This document shows positions 23,113-47,542 of a stretch of 64,000 nt of DNA, piece after piece; within the stretch, counting starts at the first letter, position 1; each line of letters starts with the position of its first letter. The notes beneath the pieces were generated by a model. That model was not told the origin of the DNA and did no database searches. It was given only the letters and a program-made list of their open reading frames with translations. The stretch is taken from the NCBI GenBank assembly GCA_012295275.1, contig CM022676.1, positions 15,872,001 through 15,936,000 on the forward strand, written 5' to 3'. Both the position numbers and the translations under genes were made by a program. This DNA is from Chrysomallon squamiferum (Eukaryota > Animalia > Mollusca).

Positions 23113-24294
23113 TCACGTAAACCCAGCAAACATTTGAAAATTATAGTTAGAGTTTATCAGATCAGTTAGCACTTTGTTTTCACAGTTTGCCCACATCGGG
23201 GGTCGAACCGCCGACCAGCTGGTCCTTCCAGAATTTCTACAGTTAGTATTCCACCTGTTCTGTGAACCGTGGAATATTTCTTGTTTTCCTTTCATAGTCG
23301 AGAAATCTGGAGTAAGTTCAGGGCATCTATAGTAGTCTGAGTCTGCGGGATAAACGTATTCTTCAGTAACATTTAACGTAATAGGGCGGAATTTTCTTTC
23401 GGAGGTAGAATTCAACTGCTTTGGTCCTGTTTTACGAATAACACGCTTGTCCGAGTGCAGTGTAGAAACAGCCGGTTCTAAATTTATCCTTGAAGTATCA
23501 GAAGAGAGGGAACTGCTAGAAGTAAATTCATCAAATCCGCTAGAAAAAGATGACAAACTAGAATGTCGTCTTACGTTTTGTAGTTTAGTTCTGTCTGTTG
23601 TATCTGCAGTACTGGTGCGCTGTGAACTGCGGTTAGATTTACACACAAAGAATGTATCATATTTTAAAACAGCAGGGGTAGATAACTCTGAGAGGTTGTT
23701 ACTGTAAAATTCATTCTCGAAAGTGTTTACTTTGTTACGAAGTGGAAATATAATTGACTTTTGAGATTCTTTTGCATCTTGTCTGAAATACTTTCTCAGT
23801 GATCGTTTCTTACACCAGGCGGCGCTGTTGCATTCTGTTTCTCTAGAGCTGTAGCTTCCGCTTTCTTTCGAAGTTGCAGACACGAGAAATGTTGAAAACT
23901 CCCCGGCTCCACTGAGATCGAACTCGTACCACGGTTCATCGTAATCGTCATCACTGAGAGACGGAGTTCTCTCCCTTATCAACACTGTAGGATTGTTCTG
24001 CCGTCCATCTTGATTTCCTTGTATTTGTTCTGATTGTTTTATGTTTGTACATTTTTCTTCAAGTGGACGTCTGCTATTAATCACTTTGCTTTGTCTGCTT
24101 CCCAGTTTCTTGCGTTTACCAGCATTTTCTCTGTTTGCTCTGGGTAGTAAGTCTTCGTCTGTGACGTCATCGATTACGTCATAAATATGATAAGGATCTT
24201 CTTCCAGGTGGCTAGGAATTAGATCAACAGTCTTGAGAATTTCTTTCGATTTAGATTTTTTTGTAGTTTTCTGTTTCTTCATCCATCGCCACAT
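23113..24294 (-). CDS. Orphan 393-aa gene, copy 2, intact (B-X type); unknown function
   Basis: 1182-bp ORF in AT-rich DNA, conserved in 5 copies; acceptor tttcagtag just upstream of the ATG. Confidence 0.82.
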   Translation of the reverse strand: MWRWMKKQKTTKKSKSKEILKTVDLIPSHLEEDPYHIYDVIDDVTDEDLLPRANRENAGKRKKLGSRQSKVINSRRPLEEKCTNIKQSEQIQGNQDGRQNNPTVLIRERTPSLSDDDYDEPWYEFDLSGAGEFSTFLVSATSKESGSYSSRETECNSAAWCKKRSLRKYFRQDAKESQKSIIFPLRNKVNTFENEFYSNNLSELSTPAVLKYDTFFVCKSNRSSQRTSTADTTDRTKLQNVRRHSSLSSFSSGFDEFTSSSSLSSDTSRINLEPAVSTLHSDKRVIRKTGPKQLNSTSERKFRPITLNVTEEYVYPADSDYYRCPELTPDFSTMKGKQEIFHGSQNRWNTNCRNSGRTSWSAVRPPMWANCENKVLTDLINSNYNFQMFAGFT

Positions 24295-24834
24295 TTTCTA
24301 CTGAAATTAAAAACACACACAGAAAAAACAAAAACAAAAATGAATATAGAAATAAATAAAATAATATGACCAATATTTATAAATGGAAGTTAATGAATAT
24401 AATGAAAAAGACTACAACAACCACACAGAATAACACTACTACTATTACTGTAACTACTATTACTACTACTACTACTACAACTATTACTACTACTACTACT
24501 ACTACTACTAATTACACGAAAAAGAAAAATAAATATTTATTACTGCATACTGTGTAAAGCAATTTAAGAAGGTGAAATATTTTGGGAGACTGTATACGGA
24601 ACATTAACGTATGCACACCGACATACACACGTTCAGATTTACATCTATTGGAAAAAGAAAGCACCGATTTCTTAGTTAAAACTTAAAAGAAGCATTTGCC
24701 TTAATTTATTTTCTTAATATTTTTTTGTTCCTGTGCTAATCTGTGTTTTAGTATTTCGGTAATTCTCTGACGCTTACTTTTAAAGAACGGATTAGATACC
24801 TTTTTAATTGAATAAGAGCAACTAAACCGATTTG

Positions 24835-25091
24835 ACTTACCTCAAATTAGAAGAAAAAACTATGAGAATTATTGCAGTATGTCATGTGGAATCAAGAATA
24901 AGTTCACTCAATCTTGTGTGTCATTCATTGTCAATCAAAATGAACTCTCAGACTTATATTTAAACTTACTTCTTGTTATTTTATCAATTCACCAATCAGA
25001 GCCAACTTTACTTACACCCAGCCAATCACTGCCTACAATAATATTACGTAACCTTAATATGTTTACTCCTTAATATTGTCGCCGCCATTTG
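24835..25091 (-). promoter_or_regulatory. Putative promoter and exon 1 of orphan copy 2
   Basis: CCAAT at 24992-24996 and 25022-25026, GCCGCCATTT at 25081-25090, donor at 24840 (GAG|GTAAGT on the minus strand). Confidence 0.6.
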
Positions 25092-26058
25092 TGTTTTCTA
25101 CGTTTACAAATGTCTGCGAACATGAAAGGTGATTTCGGTGAAGGTCAAAGAGAATGAGTGAGATTAAACGATGTGGCGTGGCTAGTTAATTGACACGTTT
25201 TTGTAAGAGTTTAGTTATTCTCACTTTGCTTTTTTCAAATTCTCACAGTTTTTACACTCTTGAAATGAGGCCATCAGAAATAATCTGATTTTTGTCGCCC
25301 TTTTTACTACGTGTTAATTTCTAATTCAGTAACTATTTAGTCATATGAAAGCTTTATTCTTACAAACATAATAATAATAATAATAAGAAGAAGAAGAAGA
25401 AAAAGAAGAAGAAGAAGAAGAAGAAGAAGAAGAAGGAGAAGAAGAACATTTTCTTTATATATTTTCGTAATGACACTCTAAAACAAAAACTAATAGTCAT
25501 TGAAAGGTAAATAACACAATTATTTAAAAGTGGATCTGTGAAAATAGTTGATGACAGTATATGTTTCTTTTTTCTATATGTTTAGTTGTTTAAAAAGAAA
25601 GAAAAAGTGTATTATTACTGTACAGTATCGTGCTTATGATGTAGATTGATTTTTGAAATGCATCAATTAACACTATTCTTAAAAAAAAAAAAATTTCAGT
25701 CATATTAATTAAATATTTAAAACACAACTCTTATTATTTCTTTGACCTCTTTGCTGAGGTGCTTTCATTAACCGGTGTAAAACACAGGTTATGTCTCTGT
25801 AAAACGAGATCTCAGTAAAGCAAACATCACACCAACACTGACAATGCATTTATCGTCATAAGCAGTAGGATTACAATCAACGTTAGTTGTCTTCTTTTAA
25901 ACAGTTAAAGAAAGAAAAATATAGACAATACTGCAAAAAATAATTCTAAAACGTAGGAATAAACCACGGTGCCTGTTGGAGGTTTCCCTCTCTCTCTCTC
26001 TGCTTCTTTGTCTATCGATCTCCATTTCTGTCACTTTATTTCTCCATCCCTCCGTCCG

Positions 26059-26186
<128 letters not shown>

Positions 26187-26290
26187 TCACTCTGTACAGC
26201 AACTCAGTAGGAAATAATGATCTCTCTCTCTGTCTGTCTCTGTCACTGTTTCTGTCTCTGTCTCTCTCTCATGTATTCACTCTGTTACAG

Positions 26291-26763
26291 CAACTCAGTA
26301 TGAAATAATGACCGCGCCCACTGCAGATGATCTTCTGTGGAGACGCTCCAGCTGTAAATTTATTACGCAGGATGACTTCACAGCAGGAAACCTGCGTTCA
26401 CCTCAACCTGCAGGATCCATCGAAATGTTCACGCTTAAAATGACACGAGGCAAAAACGCCAACGCTAGTTTTGTTTTCACCATCCGTGCCTTGGACGACG
26501 TGGGCCACGTTGGCGACTTCTCAAACTTCGCCACGGCGGGTTTCGGTTTCGTTCCTGATTACGTGGACCCGGCATACTCGGAAATAGTTCAACATCCGGT
26601 AGCGCAGGAAGTGACTCTTTCCCACAGTGAAAAGATTGTAATAGCGTCTGTCGTTGGTTCTTTCACAGTCTTGCTGGCTCTTGTTATAATTGTTTCTTTC
26701 TTTCTCTACATCTGTTCTCGAAAATCATCAGAGTCACTGAGTGAAAAAAGCCTTGCTGTTTAA
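26291..26763 (+). pseudogene. Orphan duplicate of CLCA terminal exon (part FN3-like + TM), ORF intact from internal ATG 26308
   Basis: Near-identical to 54990-55462; no upstream CLCA exons on this strand. Confidence 0.75.
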
Positions 26764-26826
<63 letters not shown>

Positions 26827-27306
26827 ATACATAAATAAATAAATAAATAAACGTGAAATATTGGAAAAGATTACAGGTTAATCAGTATGCGTGATTATTC
26901 CTATATATTGGAATATTATTAAGTATAAGTCTTTATTCCTGCAGATTCACCGATTAATAAATAGTATCTATTATTATGTGATATTAACTGATTTATAAAC
27001 ATGAGCTATTACTTATTACCTTTTAGATTAATTGATTAATAAACGTTTTCTTTATTAATCCTAGATACTGATGAATTATCGAACTTTTCAGATCAATTAG
27101 AGAGACTGACAGAACGTTATTAAATACTCGCACGATTAAATGATTAATTAGTATTTCTGAATATTTGAAGAGATTAACGGACTAATGAATAAAATGAGAC
27201 TGTGATAACTTTTTAATGTTTTATCAGTAAATTTTAAACAATATTGTGCAGATACAAAGAGTTTTTCTTGTCTAACATTCAGTTTGACAGAATTTTTAGT
27301 AAACTG

Positions 27307-28479
27307 TCACGTAAACCCAGCAAACATTTGAAAATTATAGTTAGAGTTTATCAGATCAGTTAGCACTTTGTTTTCACAGTTTGCCCACATCGGGGGTCGA
27401 ACCGCCGACCAGCTGATCCTTCCAGAATTTCTACAGTTAGTATTCCACCTGTTCTGTGAACCGTGCACTATTTCTTGTTTTACTTTCACAATCGAGAAAT
27501 CTGGAATAAGTTCAGGGCATCTATAGTAGACTGAGTCAACGGGATAAACGTATTCTTGACTAACATTTAACATAATAGGGTGGAGGTTTGTTTCGGAGGT
27601 AGAATTCAACTGCTTTGGTCCTGTTTTACGAATAACAGGCTTGTCCGAGTGCAGTGTAGAAACAGCCGGTTCTACATTTATCCTTGAAGTATCAGAAGAG
27701 AGGGAACTGCTAGAAGTAAATTCATCAAATCCGCTAGAAAAAGATGACAAATTAGAATGTCGTCTTACGTTTTGTAGTTTAGTTCTGTCTGTTGTATCTG
27801 CAGTACTGGTGCGCAGTGAACTGCGGTTAGATTTACACACAAAGAATGTATCAGATTTTAAAACAGCAGGGATAGATAACTCTGAGAGATTGTTACTGTT
27901 AAATTCATTGTCGAAAGTGTTTACGTTGTTACGAAGTGGAAATATAATTGACTTTTGGGATTCTTTTGCATCTTGTCTGAAAGACTTTCTCAGTGATCGT
28001 TTCTTATACAAGGCGGCTTTGTTGAATTCAGTTTTTCTAGAGCTATAGCTTCCGCTTTCTTTCGAAGTTCCAGACACGAGAAATTTTGACAACTCTCCGG
28101 CTCCACTGAGATCAAACTCGTACCACGGTTCATCGTAATCGTCATCACTGAGACACGGAGTTCTCTCCCTTGTCAACACTGTAGCAGTGTTCAGCCGTCC
28201 ATCTTGATTTTCTTGTATTTGTTCTGGTTGTTTTATCTTTGTACATTTTTCTTCAAGTGAATGTCTGCTACTAAACACTTTGCTTTCTTTTCTTCCCAGT
28301 TTCTTGCGTTTACCAACATTTTCTCTATTTGTATTGGATGGTAAGTCTTCGACTGTGACGTCATCGATTACGTGATAAATATGATAAGGATCTTCCTCCA
28401 GGATGCTAGGAATTAGATCAACAGTCTTTAGAATTTCTTTCGATTTCGATTTTTTGTATTTTTCTCTTTCTTCATCCAT
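27307..28479 (-). CDS. Orphan gene copy 3 (B-Y type), 390-aa frame from an alternative ATG; may be a pseudogene (promoter deleted)
   Basis: Ancestral ATG at 28487 is followed by TAG; a -1 A puts ATG 28479 in frame (MDEEREKYKKS..). Confidence 0.6.
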   Translation of the reverse strand: MDEEREKYKKSKSKEILKTVDLIPSILEEDPYHIYHVIDDVTVEDLPSNTNRENVGKRKKLGRKESKVFSSRHSLEEKCTKIKQPEQIQENQDGRLNTATVLTRERTPCLSDDDYDEPWYEFDLSGAGELSKFLVSGTSKESGSYSSRKTEFNKAALYKKRSLRKSFRQDAKESQKSIIFPLRNNVNTFDNEFNSNNLSELSIPAVLKSDTFFVCKSNRSSLRTSTADTTDRTKLQNVRRHSNLSSFSSGFDEFTSSSSLSSDTSRINVEPAVSTLHSDKPVIRKTGPKQLNSTSETNLHPIMLNVSQEYVYPVDSVYYRCPELIPDFSIVKVKQEIVHGSQNRWNTNCRNSGRISWSAVRPPMWANCENKVLTDLINSNYNFQMFAGFT

Positions 28480-29011
28480 CGCTACATTTTCTACTGAAAT
28501 TAAAAACACACACACACACACACAAAAAAAAAAAAAAATTAATATTCAAATAAATAAAATAATATGACCAATATTTATAAATGGAAGTTAATGAATATAA
28601 TGAAAAAGACTACAACAACCACACAGAATAACACTACTAGTATTACTGTAACTACTACTAGTACTGCTACTACTACTACTACTACTACAACTATTACTAC
28701 TACTACTACTACTAGTACTACTAATTACATGAAAAGGAAAAATAAATATTTATTACTGCATACTGTCTAAAGAAATTTAAGAAGGTGAACTATTTTGGGA
28801 GACTGTGTACGGAACATTAACGTATACACAGAGACATACACACGTTCAGATATACATCTATTGGAAAAAGAAAGCACCGATTTCTTAATTAAAACTTAAA
28901 AGAAGCATTTATCTTAATTCTTTTTTTTTTAGTATTATATTTTTTCCTGTACTAATCTCTGTTTTATTATTTCGGTAATTCTCTGACGCTTAATTTTAAA
29001 GATCGGAATAC

Positions 29012-29189
<178 letters not shown>

Positions 29190-29764
29190 GAATAACACAA
29201 TTATTAGGTAAATAACACAATTATTTAAAAGTGGATCTGTGAAAATAGTTGATGACAGTATATGTTTCTTTCTTCTTTATGTTTAGTTGTTTAAAAAGAA
29301 AGAAAAAGTGTATTATTACTGTACAGTATCGTGCTTATGATGTAGATTGATTTTTGAAATGCATCAATTAACACTATTCTTAAAAAAAAAAAAATCAGTC
29401 ATATTAATTAAATATTTAAAACACAACTCTTATTATTTCTTTGACCTCTTTGCTGAGGTGCTTTCATTAACCGGTGTAAAACACAGATTATGTCTCTGTA
29501 AAACGAGATCTCAGTAAAGCAAACATCACATCAACAACACCGACAATGCATTTATCGTCATAAGCAGTAGGATTACAATCAACGTTAGTTGTCTTCTTTT
29601 AAACAGTTAAAGAAAGAAAAATATAGACAATACTGCAAAAAATAATTCTAAAACGTAGGAATAAACCACGGTGCCTGTTGGAGGTTTCCCTCTCTCTCTC
29701 TCTGCTTCTTTGTCTATCGATCTCCATTTCTGTCACTTTATTTCTCCATCCCTCCGTCCGTCTC

Positions 29765-29882
<118 letters not shown>

Positions 29883-29987
29883 TCACTCTGTTACAGCAAC
29901 TCAGTACGAAATAATGATCTCTCTCTCTGTCTGTCTCTGTCACTGTTTCTGTCTCTGTCTCTCTCTCATGTATTCACTCTGTTACAG

Positions 29988-30460
29988 CAACTCAGTATGA
30001 AATAATGACCGCGCCCACTGCAGATGATCTTCTGTGGAGACGCTCCAGCTGTAAATTTATTACGCAGGATGACGTCACAGCAGGAAACCTGCGTTCACCT
30101 CAACCTGCAGGATCCATCGAAATGTTCACGCTTAAAATGACACGAGCCAAAAACGCCAACGCTAGTTTTGTTTTCACCATCCGTGCCTTGGACGACGTGG
30201 GCCACGTTGGTGACTTCTCAAACTTCGCCACGGCGGGTTTCGGTTTCGTTCCTGATTACGTGGACCCGGCATACTCGGAAATAGTTCAACATCCGGTAGC
30301 GCAGGAAGCGACGCTTTCCAACAGTGAGAAGATTGTAATAGCGTCTGTCGTTGGTTCTTTCACAGTCTTGCTGGCTCTTGTTATAATTGTTTCTTTCTTT
30401 CTCTACATCTGTTCTCGAAAATCATTAGAGACACTGAGTGAAAAAAGCCTTGCTGTTTAA
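29988..30460 (+). pseudogene. Second orphan duplicate of CLCA terminal exon, ORF intact from ATG 30005
   Basis: Near-identical to 26291-26763 and 54990-55462. Confidence 0.75.
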
Positions 30461-30503
<43 letters not shown>

Positions 30504-30959
30504 ACGTGAAATATTGGAAAAGATTACAGGTTAATAAGTATGCGTGATTATTCCTATATATTGGAATATTATTAAGCATAAGTCTTTATTCCTGCAGATT
30601 CACCGATTAATAAATATTATTTCTTATTATGTGATATTAACGGATTTATAAACATGAGCTATTACTTATTACCTTTTAGATTAATTGATTAATAAACGTT
30701 TTCTTTATTAATCCTAGATACTGATGAATTATCGAACTTTTCAGATCAATTAGAGAGACTGACAGAACATTATTAAATACACGCACGAGTAAATGATTAA
30801 TTAGTATTTCTGAATATTTGAAGAGATTAACAGACTAATGAATAAAATGAGACTGTGATAACGTTTTAATGTTTTATTAGTAAACTTTAAACAAGATTGG
30901 GTAGATACAAAGAGTTTTTCTTGTCTAACATTCAGTTTGACAGAATTTTTAGTAAACTG

Positions 30960-32141
30960 TCACGTAAACCCAGCAAACATTTGAAAATTGTAGTTAGAGT
31001 TTACCAGATCAGTTAGCACTTTGTTTTCAGAGTTTGCCCACATCGGGGGTCGAACCGCCGACCAGCTGGTCCTTCCAGAATTTCTACAGTTAGTATTCCA
31101 CCTGTTCTGTGAACCGTGCACTATTTCTTGTTTTACTTTCACAGTCGAGAAATCTGGAGTAAGTTCTGGGCATCTATAGTAGACTGAGTCAACGGGATAA
31201 ACGTATTCTTCACTAACATTTAATGTAATAGGGAGGAATTTTCTTTCGGAGGTAGAATTCAAATGTTTTGGTCCTGTTTTACGAATCACACGCTTGTGCG
31301 AGTGCAATGTACAAACAGCCGGTTCTACATTTATCCTTGAAGTATCAGAAGACAGGGAACTGCTAGAAGTAAATTCATCAAATCCGCTAGAAAAAGATGA
31401 CAAACTAGAATGTCGTCTGCCGTTTTGTAGTTTAGTTCTGTCTGTTGTATCTGCAGTACTGGTGCGCAGTGAACTGCGGTTAGATTTACACACAAAGAAT
31501 GTATCAGATTTTAAAACAGCAGGGGTAGATAACTCTGAGAGGTTGTTACTGTTAAATTCATTCTCGAAAGTGTTTACGTTGTTACGAAGTGGAAATATAA
31601 TTGACTTTTGGGATTCTTTTGCATCTTGTCTGAAAGACTTTCTCAGTGATCGTTTCTTACACAAGGTGGCGTTGTTGCATTGAGTTTCTCTAGAGCTATA
31701 GCTTCCGCTTTCTTTCGAAGTTCCAGACACGAGAAATTTTGACAACTCTCCGGCTCCACTGAGATCAAACTCGTACCACGGTTCATCGTAATCGTCATCA
31801 CTGAGACACGGAGTTCTCTCCCTTGTCATCACTGTAGGATTGTTCCGTCGTCCATTTTGATTTTCTTGTATTTGTTCTGGTTGTTTCGTCTTTGTACATT
31901 TTTCTTCAAGTGGATGTCTGCTACTAAACACTTTGCTTTCTCTTCTTCTCAGTTCCTTGCGTTTACCACCATTTTCTCTATTTGTATTGGGCGGTGAGTC
32001 TTCGACTGTGTCGTCATCGATTACGTCATAAATATGATAAGGATCTTCCTCCACGATGCTAGGAATTAGATCAACAGTCTTGAGAATTTCTTTCGATTTC
32101 GATTTTTTTGTATTTTTCTGTTTCTTCATCCATCGCCACAT
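30960..32141 (-). CDS. Orphan 393-aa gene, copy 4, intact (B-Y type)
   Basis: Full ORF; acceptor, intron and promoter (33119-33375) are retained. Confidence 0.82.
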   Translation of the reverse strand: MWRWMKKQKNTKKSKSKEILKTVDLIPSIVEEDPYHIYDVIDDDTVEDSPPNTNRENGGKRKELRRRESKVFSSRHPLEEKCTKTKQPEQIQENQNGRRNNPTVMTRERTPCLSDDDYDEPWYEFDLSGAGELSKFLVSGTSKESGSYSSRETQCNNATLCKKRSLRKSFRQDAKESQKSIIFPLRNNVNTFENEFNSNNLSELSTPAVLKSDTFFVCKSNRSSLRTSTADTTDRTKLQNGRRHSSLSSFSSGFDEFTSSSSLSSDTSRINVEPAVCTLHSHKRVIRKTGPKHLNSTSERKFLPITLNVSEEYVYPVDSVYYRCPELTPDFSTVKVKQEIVHGSQNRWNTNCRNSGRTSWSAVRPPMWANSENKVLTDLVNSNYNFQMFAGFT

Positions 32142-32331
32142 TTTCTACTGAAATTAAAAACACACACAGAAAAAACAAAAACAAAAATGAATATAGAAAT
32201 AAATAAAATAATATGACCAATATTTATAAATGGAAGTTAATGAATATAATGAAAAAGCATACAACAACCACACAGAATAACACTACTGCTATTACTGTAA
32301 CTACTACTAGTAGTGCTACTACTACTACTAT

Positions 32332-32381
<50 letters not shown>

Positions 32382-32979
32382 ATTACATGAAAAATAAAAA
32401 TAAATATTTATTACTGCATACTCTCTAAAGAAATTTAAGAAGGTGAAATATTTTGGGAGACTGTGTACGGAACATTAACGTATACGCACTGACATACACA
32501 CGTTCAGATATACATCTCTTGGAAAAAGAAAGCAGTGATTTCTTAATTAAAACTTAAAAGAAGCATTTGCCTTAATTTATTTTCTTAATATTTTTTTGTT
32601 CCTGTGCTAATCTGTGTTTTAGTATTTCGATAATACTCTGACGCTTACTTTTAAAGAACGGATTAGTTCCGTCTAGACTGGTGTCTGTCTTGTGTATACT
32701 GAAAACACTTTGTACAGAGTAACATAATAATGCATTTAAAAAATTTGACATCGATCTAGGCAAAGTTGTACGTGTTACTATGATAATTATGAAAAATCAT
32801 ACCCTCGTCTATATAACTAGTCTTTTATCACCATGTTCAACACAATTATTATTATTAATACAACTGCTACCACTAGGAGTACTACTGTATTTTAAGTGTT
32901 TGTTGCTGCCAAATGAAGAAAAAGATACATGGACAAAATAATAGATAAGAAAAGGAAAAAAAAATACATTGACACAGAC

Positions 32980-33082
<103 letters not shown>

Positions 33083-33118
33083 CCTTTTTAATTGAATAAG
33101 AGCAACTAAACCGATTTG

Positions 33119-33375
33119 ACTTACCTCAAATTAGAAGAAAAAACTATGAGAATTATTGCAGCATGTCACGTGGAGTCAAGAATAAGTTCACTCAATCTTG
33201 TGTGTCATTCATTGTCAATCAAAATGAACTCTCAGACTTATATTTAAACTTACTTCTTGTTATTTTATCAATTCACCAATCAGAGCCAACTTTACTTACA
33301 CCCAGCCAATCACTGCCTACAATAATATTACGTAACCTTAATATGTTTACTCCTTAATATTGTCGCCGCCATTTG
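33119..33375 (-). promoter_or_regulatory. Putative promoter and exon 1 of orphan copy 4
   Basis: CCAAT at 33276-33280 and 33306-33310, GCCGCCATTT ~33365, donor at 33124. Confidence 0.6.
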
Positions 33376-34324
33376 TGTTTTCTACCTTTACAAATGTCTG
33401 CGAACATGAAAGGTGATTTCGGTGAAGGTCAAAGAGAATGAGTGAGATTAAACGATGTGGCGTGGCTAGTTAATTGACACGTTTTTGTAAGAGTTTAGTT
33501 ATTCTCACTTTGCTTTTTTCAAGTTCTCACAGTTTTTACACTCTTGAAACGAGGCCATCAGAAATAATCTGATTTTTGTCGCCCTTTTTACTACGTGTTA
33601 ATTTCTAATTCAGTAACTATTTAGTCATATGAAAGCTTTATTCTTAGAAACATAATAATAATAATAATAAGAAGAAGAAGAAGAAGAAGAAGTAGAAGAA
33701 GGAGAAGAAGAATATTTTCTTTATATATTTTCGTAATGAAACTCTAACACAAAAACTAATAGTCATTGAAAGGTAAATAACACAATTATTTAAAAGTGGA
33801 TCTGTGAAAATAGTTGATGACAGTATGTGTTTCTTTTTTCTATATGTTTAGTTGTTTAAAAAACAAGAAAAAATGTATTATTACTGTACAGTATCGTGCT
33901 TATGATGTAGATTGATTTTTAAAATGCATCAATTAACACTATTCTTAAAAAAAAAAAATTCAGTCATATTAATTAAATATTTAAAACACAACTCTTATTA
34001 TTTCTTTGACCTCTTTGCTGAGGTGCTTTCATTAACCGGTGTAAAACACAGATTATGTCTCTGTAAAACGAGATCTCAGTAAAGCAAACATCACATCAAC
34101 AACACCGACAATGCATTTATCGTCATAAGCAGTAGGATTACAATCAGCGTTAGTTGTCTTCTTTTAAACAGTTAAAGAAAGAAAAATATAGACAATACTG
34201 CAAAAAATAATTCTAAAACGTAGGAATAAACCACGGTGCCTGTTGGAGGTTTCCCTCTCTCTCTCTCTGCTTCTTTGTCTGTCGATCTCCATTTCTGTCC
34301 CTTTATCTCTCCATCCCTCCGTCC

Positions 34325-34443
<119 letters not shown>

Positions 34444-35229
34444 CCTCTCTATGGCTGCACGTTTCGAGGTATATAGAACACACGCAAACAGACTAAAATA
34501 TACGAGAAGGTATTAAGAATCTTTATTAAAATTAGAATAAAAATCTCAAAACCATTTCGATAACAATTATATTTAAGTTATAAGATGTCATTTATTAAAT
34601 TGAAAATTTCGTACATCTTGTCGTTCATACTATAGTACTAATATTTTATATGTAAAGAATAATATGTACATATGCATGTACTCTTCGCTTTAGTTTAAGT
34701 AGTAGTTCTAAATGTAAATGCTAATATCATTAGATTAATAACAATAAAATAATAATAATAATTATAATAATAATAATAATAAGAAGAAGAAGAACAGCAA
34801 CAACAAATACCACTACTACTATTACAAAAATAATAACAGCAATAAGAAAAAACATGAAAAAACGCAGTACAGTGTTGCTATGTGTACATGTATTTTAACT
34901 GGTGTCTACTACACGCACACAAACACGTGCACATAGATACATAAACAGACATATACTGTTGCACGCCTGTCTCGCGCGCGTACTCCCACGCACACGCACA
35001 CACATACTTTAGCCGCTTAAAAATATTTTAATGAATTCCAGTAACCGTTTAACAGTGAACTCAGTAAGAGCCTATTTACAACGAAACATCAGTCTGAAAT
35101 GTCCATCTTTGTTATTTATTTTGTTTTTAAATTTTTTTTTTTTTTTTTTTTTTTTTTATATACATATATATATATATACTCTGGCGAAATAACAAATAAA
35201 CAGTCTACTTCCCTTCCTGGAGCATGATC

Positions 35230-46450
<11,221 letters not shown>

Positions 46451-46715
46451 TTTTGCTTGTCGCTGAAGCAGACACCCGAAACTTGAACCGAGACTGAGAC
46501 GAGTGTCACGAGACTGTTCTGTTGTCTGCGTGTTTGTGTTCAGTGAAGCGAATGAACTCGAACGACACTCGAGTGATTGACCCTGCACTTTTGTATCGTA
46601 TTTTTTTTATTTCGGTCGTCACCTAAATATTTTCAATACCCGCTGACAAAAGAGAATAATTCTTTGTCACGTTTTAAATCAGCTAAACACAGAGCAAGAA
46701 TAAGTATTGTAGATA

Positions 46716-46746
<31 letters not shown>

Positions 46747-47420
46747 GTTATTATTATTGTGGTTTTTGTTGTTGTTGATTTTATTATTAGGATTTTTATT
46801 ACTAATGTTGCTTTACACCTATAGCAACAACTATTCCTACTACCAGTATCGTTACTTTTACAGAATATATGTATATATATATTCATGTGCATGTGTTTGT
46901 ATATAAATATACACATACACAAACACAGATGCATTCATACACGCACATACATACACATATGCATATAAAAAGAAGAAGAAACGAGTATTTTACATCGTTT
47001 AAAGATGGATCGTCAGTCCATGATGAAGGAACGACGATATTTTTATCTGTTTAAAGAAAACAAACGAACGTTATCCCTTTAATGTGTTACATGTACGACG
47101 ATGCTTCGGTAAACAATAAATGACGGAAACAAACGAACGCTATTATCTAGTTTTCGGTGCGAATTTTTATCTTTAACGTTGTTACAGTCAGATAATGGAA
47201 AAGGAAGTTATCTGTAATAGAATTTATAAGTGATATAAAGATGTAGGTGTAATAAAATAACTGTCAAACTCAATCCGTATATGAAGTATTTGAGAGAAAT
47301 ATATTCACACAGAAAATAAAGCAGAGAAACAAAATATTTAGTCTATATTAAGTGTTTCCGAAAAAATCATATACACAGCAAAAGTGAGATAAAAAAGAAA
47401 GATGTAGAGACATACAGAGG

Positions 47421-47542
<122 letters not shown>

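Noticed and set aside
23447-23707. Antisense ORFs within orphan-gene copies (also 3431, 27641, 31294)
   Set aside because: Shadow frames with non-ATG starts and variable ends; conservation is explained by the sense ORF.
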